DNA of 63,412 nt, filler included, from Octopus bimaculoides (Eukaryota), in the NCBI RefSeq assembly GCF_001194135.2. It is 7 parts of 6 records of this genome, joined end to end, with 100 filler letters (N's around TTAATTAATTAA, not from the genome) between each part and the next. Parts side by side here need not be neighbours in the genome. Positions count along the whole stretch, not along the records: positions 1 to 31,528 come from NC_069004.1; positions 31,629 to 41,061 come from NC_069008.1; positions 41,162 to 49,985 come from NC_068991.1; 4 more parts are not named here. One strand, given 5' to 3'. Positions 28,535 to 41,189 of the stretch are shown piece by piece. The translations under genes were made by a program, and so were the position numbers. The first letter of the stretch is position 1. Every line of letters begins with the position of its first letter. Under the pieces are notes generated by a model. That model did not search any database, was not told the DNA's origin, and saw only the letters and a program-made list of their open reading frames with translations.

Positions 28535-29260
28535 CATGCATACACATTTACATAATTTACATATATATATACATATGTATGTGTATATGTGTGTGTAAGC
28601 ATATATATATATAGTGTCGGTGGGGAATCTGTTGTGCATGTGCGCCTGCGTATATCAGTGTGTCTGTGCATGTTTGTTGTGTCTATGCGCATCGTGCAAA
28701 GGAGGACGCATTAAATTAACACCTTCATATCTCGGGGCGAGAAACTACACTGTCCAACAAACAATACAACTGCGGCACGAATTGCTTTAGTCTCCTCTAC
28801 CTCCTTTTCCTCCTCTTTCCTCCTCCTTGTCCTCTTTATTCCATCAAACTCCTTCATTTCCGCCTGATTTAGAGACCGCTATCTCTTGCTGCCCCATTTG
28901 TAACCTTAAACAACAATACGTTTGCAACGATGAGAAAACGCCTCTTCTGCCCCTGTCTTGGCTGCTTTGTTTATTAAAAAGATCTTGCCGAAAGGGATAG
29001 TTTCTTATATAACTCCCCTTCCTTTTCCACCAACTTCTTCTTCTTTCTGCTCTTAGCTTCCAACTCCCACCTCTCCTCCATTCTTATCTTTAACCTCTTC
29101 AACGTTTTAATTACCTTCTTTCCTTCTTTCTTTTCCATCTTTCATCCTTTCTCTTTTCATTGTCTCTTTTCACTTTCTTGTCTTTTCATTTTCTTCTTCT
29201 TTTCTTTCGTTCATTGGTCTGTTCTTGCTTCTAGTTTTGCTTTCTTTTTTCCTATATTCG

Positions 29261-29337
<77 letters not shown>

Positions 29338-31528
29338 TTTCTTTCTTTCTTTCTTTCTCTGCCTCTTCCTACTTAGACTTCTGCTTGAACACCATTCTTT
29401 CTCACCTTCCCATTCTTCACTTCACCTATTTCGTTTTGTATTAAGCAGTAAGGCATCATAAAAGTGATGTAACCGATAAACTCATCACGACCGGCTGTAT
29501 GATGATTTAATAGTTAACTTCTGCTGACTCTCATGGTTTATCCCACTCTCACCGTAACTAAGCATTCCATTTTGCTACAACTTCTACACCCAATCTATTT
29601 ACTAGAAATTCCATGTAGTATCATTGTCTTATCAGCTAACGTTTTTCTACATTGTTTTGTTTCGTGTTCTGTATAATCACGTGTTGTGAAGTTTTCGTTT
29701 TGTAAATGCAACTGAGCAGAAAGTGTCTGATGTAACAGTTTGAGTCATGAAGTTTACAACTATCCTGTATATGGATGAGGTGAGAGCGTATTGATAAATT
29801 TCTGTATTTCGTCGTTTACAATATTTGGACTGAGGCAGAAGGGTACGAAACCACCGCTAATGCTAAGGACAGTTTTCATTCTGCCATTCCAACGCTCCTC
29901 CTCCTCCTCCTCCTCCTCCTACTACTACTACTACTACTACTATGTCTTTTGGAATTAGGACAAGAATAATGATGCTGATATTGACAATTATGACCTTGAT
30001 GTTGATGACGTCCATTTTGCTGCTCCCGCTGCCGCTGCCGCCGCCGCTGCTGCTGCTCCCGAAAATGAATTTGATAATGAGGAGAATGACAATGATAATG
30101 ATGATGGTGATGATGGTGATGATGAGTGTGGGTGGTGGGGATGGTGAGGATAAGGACACGGCGCTGATGTTCATCGGTGAGGAATGAACACAGTAATACA
30201 AACTATTTTCGTCTCTTGTAAGAGAGAATATTCTGGAATAACGAGAAAGAAATGAAGAAAGAGAAGGTAAGAGAGGAAAAGAAGAAAACGAAAGATGCCG
30301 AAGAAAGGAAACAAACTGCATAAAGATGACACGACTGGGACGACGACGAAGACAACAACAACAACATGACATAGGGTAAGAATTTCGAAAACACGAATAA
30401 AGCACCGACACCATAAACGACTACCAGCAGCAGCGGCACGACCAACACCATCGACGACGACGACGACGACCACCACCACCACAACCACCACCACCACCAG
30501 CATCTACATTATCGTCATCTTCGCTTCCCTATTAGTACACAACTACTAATATATATGTATATATGTATGTGAGTGTGTGTGTGTGTGTGTGTATACAAAT
30601 GTATATATATATATATATATATNNNNNNNNNNNNNNNNNNNNNNNNNNNNNNNNNNNNNNNNNNNNNNNNNNNNNNNNNNNNNNNNNNNNNNNNNNNNNN
30701 NNNNNNNNNNNNNNNNNNNNNNNNNNNNNNNNNNNNNNNNNNNNNNNNNNNNNNNNNNNNNNNNNNNNNNNNNNNNNNNNNNNNNNNNNNNNNNNNNNNN
30801 NNNNNNNNNNNNNNNNNNNNNNNNNNNNNNNNNNNNNNNNNNNNNNNNNNNNNNNNNNNNNNNNNNNNNNNNNNNNNNNNNNNNNNNNNNNNNNNNNNNN
30901 NNNNNNNNNNNNNNNNNNNNNNNNNNNNNNNNNNNNNNNNNNNNNNNNNNNNNNNNNNNNNNNNNNNNNNNNNNNNNNNNNNNNNNNNNNNNNNNNNNNN
31001 CCGACACCATAAACGACTACCAGCAGCAGCGGCACGACCAACACCATCGACGACGACGACGACCACCACCACCACAACCACCACCACCACCAACAGCAAG
31101 AAATGATTTCCAAAGAAATCCTGTAGCAGCCATTTTGTATTAGTTGTTATAAAAATAATCTTTATAATAATTGCAGTTCTCGCGCCCTCTGGTGTTCAAA
31201 GGTGAACATCCGCTATTCTGTGTGCTTACATACGCACACATATGCACACACACATACGTGCGCGTTTGCACACGCTCATATGCTTGCAATTATTGATAAT
31301 TCTTACAGCAACTCCTCCTACCCCACTCCCCACCGACGCACACGCACACTCACACACACATATATATGCTGTCAAGCACATATACATTTGCACACACCTA
31401 CATACACGTACACAGTGACAAGACACAGACACTAAGACACAAGCACGCATTTAATCATTTATTTCTTGCTTCCAGGTTGTCAATCCATGCGTGGCTACTA
31501 CTCACTACATATGCTTGTCTATCTGACT

Positions 31529-31628
31529 NNNNNNNNNNNNNNNNNNNNNNNNNNNNNNNNNNNNNNNNNNNNTTAATTAATTAANNNNNNNNNNNNNNNN
31601 NNNNNNNNNNNNNNNNNNNNNNNNNNNN
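31529..31628. other. assembly scaffolding linker N44-TTAATTAATTAA-N44 (one of six)
   Basis: The same 12-mer inside a ~100-bp gap at 31573, 41106, 50030, 58424, 60732 and 62207. It has stops in all six frames. Confidence 0.95.
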
Positions 31629-31830
31629 CCAGCCATATCTTCATTTAAACCAGTTTAAACTGGCCATATCTTCATTTAAATCAGTTTAAACCAGCCATAT
31701 CTTCATTTAAACCAGTTTAAACTGGCCATATCTTCATTTAAACCAGTTTAAACCAGCCATATCTTCTTCATTTAAACCAGTTTAAACCAGCCATAACTTC
31801 TTCATTTAAACCAGTTTAAACTGGCCATAT
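31628..31830. repeat. 31-bp minisatellite, about 6.5 copies, starting at a gap
   Basis: Unit C(CA/TG)GCCATATCTTCATTTAAACCAGTTTAAA. Two units carry an extra CTT. Confidence 0.95.
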
Positions 31831-31945
31831 CAAGACCTAATATTTTACCTGTTTTATGTACAAACTGGCTGAGTCAGGCCTCTCACACCTACCCTACAAT
31901 GTCATTTTGAAAATAAAGTCACATCATCAAAATCTCAAATTTAAA
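31810..31945. mobile_element. piggyBac-like MITE fragment
   Basis: GGCCATATC..AATATTTTACCTGTTTTATG..CCTCTCACACC..AATGTCATT aligns with the reverse complement of 36870-36990. Confidence 0.75.
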
Positions 31946-32049
31946 CTCCAAGATGTGATGAGGGCCTAAGTGGTTCATGTTATTCTGATGGATGAAGTGT
32001 AGCCCCAAGCGGATCTGATAAAACAAGCCAGTCATGACCATATGTTAGA

Positions 32050-32170
32050 TTTCTGAGGTAGACTTCACCATCCATCCTTTTGGGGGTTGATAAAATAAGT
32101 ACCAGTTCAGCACTGGGGTCAATCAATTTACCCATGTCCCAGAAATTGCTGGCCTTGACCCAAATATTTA
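32050..32170 (+). mobile_element. SINE family B, 3' part
   Basis: CATCCTTTTGGGGGTTGATAAAATAAGTACCAGTT..CACTGGGGTC. Confidence 0.8.
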
Positions 32171-32375
32171 AAATCATCATTATTATTATTATTATTATTA
32201 TTATTACTCTTCTTTTTGCTTCTATATCTTCTGGAGGAGTTACGTCAATCCTATAAATATTAACGAAAATGAAGTAGATTGACACGTTTATTTTTTGAAC
32301 CTGTGGAAGACACACAAGATGTCGAAATATCGTTCACTTGATGACAACGACACTCTTCTTTTTTTTGCTATTATT

Positions 32376-32410
<35 letters not shown>

Positions 32411-32479
32411 TCAGAATCGTTAGCAAGCCTGTAGTAGAAAGGATTATTATGATTATAATCAGTTATTAACAATATCAGT

Positions 32480-32699
32480 AAGGCGTTGAGCCAGCAGAAT
32501 CATTAGTACGCTGGGCAAAATTCTTAGCAGCATTTCATCTGCCGCTATGTTCTGAGTTCAAATTCTGCTGAGGTTGACTTTGCCTTTCATCCTTTTGGGG
32601 TTGATAAATTAAGTGCCAGTGAAACACTGGGGTCGATGTAATTGACTATCTGCCTCCCACCAAATTTCAGGCCTTGTGCCCTTAGGAGAAAGGATTATT
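32480..32699 (+). mobile_element. SINE family B, full length
   Basis: Head, B-box GAGTTCAAATTC, central domain and tail GAAAGGATTATT all present. Confidence 0.9.
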
Positions 32700-33052
32700 T
32701 TTACCTCCACCTTAGCAAAGGTGAAGGTATTGTTTTCAGCCATGTTTGTTTGTTTGTTTGTCCATGGACAAGACATCTCAAGAACCGCTGGATGGATTTA
32801 AATGAAAATTTCAGGGATGTTTAGCCTTGTGACTGGCATAAACTGATTAGATTTTGGGATCTATCAAGTACCAGACAAGGATTCTGGATTATTTTTCCTG
32901 TTTTTTTTTTTACTTAATTTTTAGTATTCTCATTTGTGAGAGCAGTCAAGTTTATTTCAGATAGTCTCATTTTAAAAATCATCTCCAATGAATCGTTGAG
33001 AGGACATTGGTGTTGCCTTGGTGGAAGTTTGTGCTCTCCAAGTGCTCTTGTT
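32699..33052 (+). mobile_element. non-autonomous Helentron/HINE-like element
   Basis: 5' TTACCTCCACC..., internal (GTTT)n, and 3' subterminal CCTTGGTGGAAGT complementary to the 5' end, followed by a weak hairpin and ..CTTGTT. No TSD; inserted at TT. Confidence 0.7.
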
Positions 33053-33067
33053 ATTATTATTATTATT

Positions 33068-33287
33068 AAGGTAGCAAGCTGGCAAAATCATTAGCACACC
33101 AGATGAAACACTCAGCGATATTTCGACTGTCACTACGCTCTCAGTTCAAATTCTGCCGAGATCAACTTTACCTTTCATCCTTTCGGAGTCAATAAAATAA
33201 GTACCAGTTGAACACTTAGATCGATGTAATTGACTCATCCCCTCCCACAAAATTGCTGCCCTTGAGGAAAAGTTTGAAACGATTATT
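33068..33287 (+). mobile_element. SINE family B, full length
   Basis: Aligns with 32480-32699, with the alternative tail TTTGAAACGATTATT. Confidence 0.88.
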
Positions 33288-33294
33288 TTTATTA

Positions 33295-33330
<36 letters not shown>

Positions 33331-34452
33331 GGTTTGAGTGAATGGGCCTACTTTAAGCATGCTGACCTTGTGCCAAAATTTCAAAAGTGTGATTTCAGGG
33401 AGATTTGGTTGCTATTTCTACCAGGTTTAGCTACTACGTAAGGGTCTCCCTTGGCTCACACACTCACTGACTCACTTGGTTCGGCAACATAACAGAATTA
33501 CCACTGCCATTTCCACCACCATAACTACCACCACCACACACCAACCCCCATCAGATACACCACGACCTCCACCACCACCACAACCATCACCCCCAACACT
33601 ACCACCATCACACTCCCTAGGCTCACACACACACACACACAAATATGTGTGTTGTTTGTTCCTTTTTGTGTTTGTTTTCCAGTTTTCTATGACAGCAAGG
33701 GTCACACCAGTGATTCCAACCCTTTCTTTACCTATGGACACCTTTGATTCCTATTTTACTCTACTGGACCTCCATAATAGCCATTCATTCACTGCATATA
33801 AAAATAAAATCTTTCTGTATTTTCATAATTAAATATTATTAGGAATTGTATACAAAATTTTCGTTTAAATATTTTGTGTATTATGAAGTAAATCCAATTT
33901 ATCGCTCATTCAACAAAGAAAGAAAAGAAAAGGGAAAATAAGAACACTTCTAACAATACATCACCACCACTTCACAACTGGTGTTGGTTTGTTTACATCC
34001 CTCCAACCCTTTAGCATTCAGATTATTCTGTCAAATGTGGTGCTTATTTTTTCAAGAAGAAAAAATTGATGAATGCATAGACATACACATACATATTGAC
34101 CCATCACAATTTTTTTCAAGATTTCAAGCTTTAACTTGTTGATATATATGTGATGTCTGTCAATATATATTTATATATATATATATGTGCGCCCACCACA
34201 AGTGCTAAAATCAATATTGAAGCCAAACCAGCAAGGGAGATTCATACATCATTTTTAAACACAGTAGAAATGGCAGCCAAATCTCCCTCAATTCTTAAGA
34301 CCTTACTGTCTTATGTATATATAAGTGTTGGTGAGCATATATATGTGTGAGCATGTATGTGAGTACATGTGTGTGTGGGTGTGTGAGCATGTGTGCATGC
34401 GTGTGTGAGTGTGTCAGCATGTGTATGTGTGTGTGTGTGTGTGTGTGTGTAT

Positions 34453-34775
34453 GGAGGGTACCTGTGGAAGAGGTAGACCCAGGAAGACATGGTACGAGAA
34501 GGTGAAACATGATCTTCAGGTGTTTGGTCTTATGGAGTTGATGACAAGTGATTGAGACTTTTGGTGATTTGCTGTGTTTGAGAAAACATGTCAAACCGAA
34601 ATGTGGAGAGTGACACATAAAAGGCATTCTCAGAGTGGCTGGCATTAGGAAGGGCATGAAGCCATTGAAACCAAACCACATCAAACTGGAGACTGGTGCA
34701 ACTCTTTGGCTTACTAGTTCCAGTCAAACCATCTAACCCATGCCAGCATGGAAAATGGATGCTAAATGATGATGA
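34453..34775 (+). mobile_element. RTE-like LINE 3' end with (GAT)n tail
   Basis: EGTCGRGRPRKTWYEKVKHDL..W peptide, then 3' UTR AACCCATGCCAGCATGGAAAA..GATGATGAT. Confidence 0.8.
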
Positions 34776-35141
34776 TTGGTATGCAAATTAGGGACCCCTT
34801 CATAGAGTAACTGCTGCATTTGTTGAGTATATAAACAGTTTGGCTGCTTGTTTCTCTGGAGACTGTCAGAAAATCAATTAAGGTTGTTCAGCAGAGAAAT
34901 GGTTAAAATTTGCTCTGTTTATAATTATACCACACACACACATATATATGTGTANNNNNNNNNNNNNNNNNNNNNNNNNNNNNNNNNNNNNNNNNNNNNN
35001 NNNNNNNNNNNNNNNNNNNNNNNNNNNNNNNNNNNNNNNNNNNNNNNNNNNNNNNNNNNNNNNNNNNNNNNNNNNNNNNNNNNNNNNNNNNNNNNNNNNN
35101 NNNNNNNNNNNNNNNNNNNNNNNNNNNNNNNNNNNNNNNNN

Positions 35142-35172
<31 letters not shown>

Positions 35173-35212
35173 CATACGTAGTGTGTAGATATAGATGTGT
35201 ATGTGTATATAT

Positions 35213-35370
35213 TGGAGTGGTTGGCATTAGGAAAGGCATCCAACTGTAGAAACCATGCCAAATTAGACTGGAGTCTGGTGCAGCCCTTCAGCTTGCCAAT
35301 CCTGGTCAAAACGTCCAACCCATGCCAGCATGGACAACATACGCTAAATGATGATGAGGATGATGATGTA
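35213..35370 (+). mobile_element. RTE-like LINE 3' UTR fragment
   Basis: Matches 34635-34775 and ends in (GAT)n. A reverse fragment lies at about 36620-36700. Confidence 0.8.
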
Positions 35371-35388
35371 CACACACACACACATGTA

Positions 35389-36245
35389 CAGGGTGTGGTG
35401 AATAAACTGTCGTCTAAATTACGCAAAAACGAAAATAACACTGACATCTCATTTTAACAGATATATTTACCAAAATTACATAAAAATATCTTGAAATACC
35501 AAAGAGTAAATTTATTCAATAAAATCGCCATTGGTTTCAAACATGGCCTCCAGACGACTTCAGAATCTCCTGCAATTCTTCTGGACAGTCTCCTTGTTTA
35601 AGTTATTGAATGCTGCCATAATCCTTGCCTTCAGTTCATCTTTGGTGTTACAAGGAGGTTTGTTGTTGGTCTCTCACTCAACTGTGCCCCACACAAAATA
35701 ATCAAGGGGGTTGCAGTCTGGGGAGTTAGGTGGCCATATTTAGAGGTGGTGTGGTCACAGAAATTATCTGGCAGCCATGACTGGGTTCTCCTGTTTGTGT
35801 GGCAGGGTGCAGAGTCCTGCTGCCAGACATAGGGTCTTCCAGTAGCCACCCTCTTGACCCAGGATAGCACTATCTCCTCCAGGCACTTGATGTAGGCCTC
35901 TGTGCTGAGTCTGAGGCTGTGTGGGAAGATGAATGGAGGCATAGCATTGCCATCACTCTAAACACCATGATGATGACTGAATGTTTGATTTTTATCACAC
36001 TTGATACATGTCCTCAGATTGCCCTGCCCTCAGATTGACACCCAAACATCTTGAAATGCTCATATTGGAGCTTCTGGCCTGATTGCCAAGCAGTACAGCA
36101 TGTCATTTCCAAATTTCTGGCAGAGTGAATTGCGTCATGGTGCTGTTTTTCTCACAGATGGTGCCCAACTGACCCTACTATACTGTGTAGACAACAAAAT
36201 CAAAAACAAACAATGTGCATGCACAAAATTAAATATATAAAATGG
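35389..36245 (-). mobile_element. maT/DD37D-like Tc1/mariner remnant with one intact end
   Basis: TA|CAGGGTG terminus at 35387-35395. Peptides MPPFIFP..RPYVWQQDSAPCH (ORF 35631..35942) and C-terminal RSRLEAMFETNGDFIE*. Confidence 0.85.
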
Positions 36246-36250
36246 CAACA

Positions 36251-36383
36251 ATGTTGTGTCCTTGAGCAAGAGATTTTATTTCACATTGTTTCAATTCATT
36301 CATCTGTAGAAATGAGTTGTGATGATGTCACTGGTGCCAAGCTGCATTGGCCCCTTTGCCTTTCCTTTGGATAACATCGGTGA
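36251..36383 (+). mobile_element. SINE family D fragment (CORE-like)
   Basis: GTGTCCTTGAGCAAG..CTGTAGAAATGAGTTG..GCCAAGCTG matches the reverse complement of 40760-40885. Confidence 0.8.
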
Positions 36384-36530
36384 CATGTATACCCTTAAAG
36401 TGGTTCTCAGGGAGATTCAGCATGACACAGAATGTGACAAGGCTGGCCCCTTTGAAATACAGTTGCTACTCATTTTTGCCAGCTGAGTGGACTGGAGCAA
36501 CGTGGAATAAAGTGTCTTGCTCAAGGACAT
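36384..36530 (-). mobile_element. SINE family C fragment (CORE-like)
   Basis: Reverse strand TGTCCTTGAGCAAGACACTTTATTCC..GAATCTCCCTGAGAACCAC, overlapping the sequence at 57730. Confidence 0.8.
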
Positions 36531-36783
36531 AGGAGGGCATCATAGGGAACTCATGCACACACACACACATGTATATTAAGATATATATATATATGCATAT
36601 ATGTATGTATATATAAGTCATCATCAACAACATCATTTGTCATCTGTTTTCCATGCTGGCAGCTGAGAGAAGCATATGAACCAGAGGACTGCACCAAGAT
36701 CTACTGTCAAAGGACAGATGAACTCAGTGGAGTCAACAACCATCCAACATCTGGGAGTGAGAGACACCCTAGACTTTGTTTAA

Positions 36784-37002
36784 CCCCTTAGCATTCAGGT
36801 TACTCTATCAATGCAATGCTTATTTATTTGCAGTGTTTTGGACTAATCATGCATTAGCTTGTAGCTTTGATATTTCAATGACGTGAGTGTTTAGTTTTAG
36901 AATGACATGATAGGTTATGTGTGAGGGGCCAGATCTAACTAGCTTGAACATTAAACAGGTAGAATATTGGGACTGGATATGGCTGGTTAAATTGCTAAAG
37001 GG
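36784..37002. mobile_element. piggyBac-like MITE, about 220 bp
   Basis: TTAA|CCCCTTAGCA ... TGCTAAAGGG|TAAA: imperfect TIRs and a TTAA-like target. A fragment of the same end lies at about 34005-34050. Confidence 0.75.
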
Positions 37003-39324
37003 TAAACTATCTCTCTTGGAAAAGGGAATTCTGAAATAACACCCACCTCATTGCAAAGCCAGTGATCTAGCTCTAGCTTGTTTCTCAACTACTTGGCTTT
37101 GAAGGTGAGGGTACAGTGTTGTGCAGAGATAATATTGACTTTAAATTTCATTATAGACATTGCTGACAGCCATTGTCTTTAATATCAAAGATAAGATAGT
37201 CTGTCACTGACGGTCATATTCATATATATAAGTTGACAGTGACCATGTAGCGATGAATGGCAACAAACACAGGAGCTCATTATTCTAGCTATTGGGGAGA
37301 AATCATGTCTGGTAAGTTCACCATCATCAATTCACTGCAGGGAAAGTTCACTGTCATCAATTCACTGTTTTTTAATTCAATAAAATAGCTTTTAACTATT
37401 AATGGTGAGATAATATGGATATATTTTCTCAGCAAGCTTTCCTCACAGTGAATCAATGGTGGTGAGCTTACTTGTAATCAGGAGAAACAAGAGAGAGAAC
37501 ACAAAAGAACACATGAGAGGCATCACTTTTTTCCATCATATCAAGTAGCTTCACCAGAAGCAGATGAAGANNNNNNNNNNNNNNNNNNNNNNNNNNNNNN
37601 NNNNNNNNNNNNNNNNNNNNNNNNNNNNNNNNNNNNNNNNNNNNNNNNNNNNNNNNNNNNNNNNNNNNNNNNNNNNNNNNNNNNNNNNNNNNNNNNNNNN
37701 NNNNNNNNNNNNNNNNNNNNNNNNNNNNNNNNNNNNNNNNNNNNNNNNNNNNNNNNNNNNNNNNNNNNNNNNNNNNNNNNNNNNNNNNNNNNNNNNNNNN
37801 NNNNNNNNNNNNNNNNNNNNNNNNNNNNNNNNNNNNNNNNNNNNNNNNNNNNNNNNNNNNNNNNNNNNNNNNNNNNNNNNNNNNNNNNNNNNNNNNNNNN
37901 NNNNNNNNNNNNNNNNNNNNNNNNNNNNNNNNNNNNNNNNNNNNNNNNNNNNNNNNNNNNNNNNNNNNNNNNNNNNNNNNNNNNNNNNNNNNNNNNNNNN
38001 NNNNNNNNNNNNNNNNNNNNNNNNNNNNNNNNNNNNNNNNNNNNNNNNNNNNNNNNNNNNNNNNNNNNNNNNNNNNNNNNNNNNNNNNNNNNNNNGAAGA
38101 AGAAGAAGAAGAAGAAGAAGAAGAAATGCCCTGGTGTATCCAGTAGTGGAGCCCTGGTTTGGGAACTACAGGGTTCTGAAGAATGTGGAACCACCCCCCA
38201 GGCCCTATTGTTTCATACAATTTCTGATAATATTTAATTGTAAAAATAGGATTTTTTTAACAGCAAAATGGCTAGGAGGGTCCATCTGATTAAAATAGGA
38301 ATCAAAGGGGTCCATAGGTAAAAAAGAAATGGTTGAGAAACACTAGACCTAATAGAAATAACAACTAAAACTCCTCAGACCAAATTCTATGGTCTTTAAA
38401 AAATGAGACACTGGTTAATGTAGTAGTGCTGGATTTCTGGTACATGAAATATAGATGAGGTGGTCGTGGTTGGAATGTCTTTGATCATAGGGTTCAATCT
38501 GTAAACAACCATAACATTATCACACCACTACTAGCACCATCAATACCATCACCACTACCACCACCACTACTACCACCACCACTACAACCACCATCACCAC
38601 CAGTACCACCACCACCACCACCACAACCACCACCATCAACAATAACAACACCACCGCCACTAGCAACAAGAACAACAACACCAACCTCACCACCACTACC
38701 ACTACTACATCCATACTATCATTACAACAAGCACATTACCCCCACCAACTCCAATTATTAGAACAGCACCACCACCACCACCTTCATCATCATTATCAGC
38801 ATCTGCATCACCAGACTGACACCACCACAACTACACCACAACTCCCCCATCACCAACACCACACTGCACAACAACACTACCACAATACCACTACATATTT
38901 ACCATCACCACCACCACTACTACTACAGCCACAACAACAAGGATATCACCCACATACACACAAACACAACAACACAACTACCACACCACCACAAACCACC
39001 AGCAGCACCACCATTACCATCGCAATACAACCACNNNNNNNNNNNNNNNNNNNNNNNNNNNNNNNNNNNNNNNNNNNNNNNNNNNNNNNNNNNNNNNNNN
39101 NNNNNNNNNNNNNNNNNNNNNNNNNNNNNNNNNTCATCATCACCACCACCACCACCACCATCACCACCATCATCATCATCAAAATGCAACAGCAATAAAT
39201 GCCTAATCATCCACCAACCAGCTTATCAGCCAACCAGCTGTACGGTAACACATCAATACAGTCAGCTGTGATTTTTACTTCCAGCAACAAAACTGCATAA
39301 AACAGGCATAATCAGCATACCTGC

Positions 39325-40050
39325 CACAACTTCGTTTCTTCACATTTTTCAGAAACATGGACATTTTTTAATGAAATTTTCTACAAATCCCTTTTCAGAT
39401 TGTATCAGGATTACATCAGAATGTATTGTGGAAAAACATTTTTGAATGTGGAGTGGAGCAGTTTTGGATAATGCACAAGGTGGACGTTGTTCCTTTATAA
39501 TTTTCAGAAATATGAATATCTTTCAATGAAATTTTCTACAAATACCATTTTGAATGATATAGATTATGATTACATTGGAATTTACTGAGGAGAAACTTTT
39601 TCAGAGGTGGAGTAGAGCAGTTTTGGATAATTCACAAAAGTGGACTTTGTTTACTCATAACTTTCAGAAAAAAAAGAATATTTCTGAATGAAATTTTGCT
39701 ACAGATACTTTTCAAATAATGTAGATTACAATTACACTGGAATTCAATGTGGAAAAAAACAAGAAGAAAAAATTGATGAATGCATAGACATACACATACA
39801 TATTGACCCATCACAATTTTTTTCAAGATTTCAAGCTTTAACTTGTTGATATATATGTGATGTCTGTCAATATATATTTATATATATATATATGTGCGCC
39901 CACCAATTATTTTTTCCCAATAAATTCCAATTTAATCATAATCTACATCATCTGAAAGATATATGTAAAAAATTTCATTAAAAAAAATCTGCTTTTCTGA
40001 AAGTTATGGAGAAACAAAATCAGTGAGGGCACACTTGTGTAGGTATACCA
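39325..40050. repeat. foldback-like element: about three direct 155-160-bp units plus one inverted unit
   Basis: TTCAGAAA..AATGAAATTTT recurs at 39348, 39503 and 39663. 39905-40025 is an inverted copy of the unit. Confidence 0.7.
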
Positions 40051-40624
40051 CACAGACACTCTGTCACAGCACAAATAGGAATTTTTCAATGGTAAATGCA
40101 GACAAATAGGTTCTTATATGATTGGGTATTAGTGTGTTTCATATTGATAAAGATGCTTTGCTTATAACAAAGGAAAAAAAATCTAAATATATCATTATAT
40201 ATCACCAAGAAATAATTTAATAAACTGGATTTGAAGAATCTTAAAAGTTGCTATCACCTGTTTAAAATGAGTCAAAATGGAGAAACATCAACACAGTGTG
40301 AAGTGGTGGTGATGGGGAGGGGGACAAAAGTATACGAGAAAATAAAACTGTGAGTGCAGACATGTGGGTGTGTGTATGCACACACACACACACGCACATA
40401 TATATGTAAATGCATGCATTTGTACATGGGTGTATGTGTATACATGTATGCGTGGGAATGTGCATGTCAGCCAGCCAGCTGTACATTACATATATATATA
40501 TGCAATAAACTCTAGGTTAGTTGAAATACGTTTGTGACATATTTCAACTGCTAAAAGACAGACTAAAATATGTCACAAACATATTTTAACTACCTTAAAG
40601 TTTGCCTATGTCTAAACACTGGTA

Positions 40625-40965
40625 TATATATCATGGCAAAAAGGATAAGGACCCCTTTTCCATCATAAATGACCATGTTATGCACCAAGAAAGTTACCCT
40701 CCGAGGCACAAGTCCAGGCAAGGTTGTTTATGGAAGACCAGCAGTTGCCCCTCTCCATGCCACAAATGTTATCCAAGGGAAAAGCAAAAGGCCGATACAG
40801 CTTGGCACTAGTGACATTGCAACTCATTTCTACAGCTGAGTGAACTGGAGCAATGTGAAATAAAGTGTCTTGCTCAAGAACACAACACACAACCTGGTCC
40901 AAGAATCGAACTCACTACCTCATGATTGTGAGCCCGACACTCTAACCACTGAGCCATGCACGTTT
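40625..40965 (-). mobile_element. SINE family D, near full length
   Basis: Reverse strand A-box TGGCTCAGTGG, B-box GAGTTCGATTC, CORE-like GTTCTTGAGCAAGACACTT. Confidence 0.88.
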
Positions 40966-41025
40966 AACACACACACACACACATATATATATAGATGATG
41001 ATACACATATATATATACATATATA

Positions 41026-41061
<36 letters not shown>

Positions 41062-41189
41062 NNNNNNNNNNNNNNNNNNNNNNNNNNNNNNNNNNNNNNN
41101 NNNNNTTAATTAATTAANNNNNNNNNNNNNNNNNNNNNNNNNNNNNNNNNNNNNNNNNNNNTATTATTATTATCATCATCATCATCATT

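Noticed and set aside
30402-31100. About 95-bp near-identical repeat on both sides of a gap (likewise 8717-8790/9022-9095 and about 3960-4060)
   Set aside because: Typical unmerged contig overlap or haplotype duplication at gap edges.
37273-37311. Candidate 39-nt exon ELIILAIGEKSCL with GTAAGT donor
   Set aside because: No polypyrimidine tract, and too short to support.
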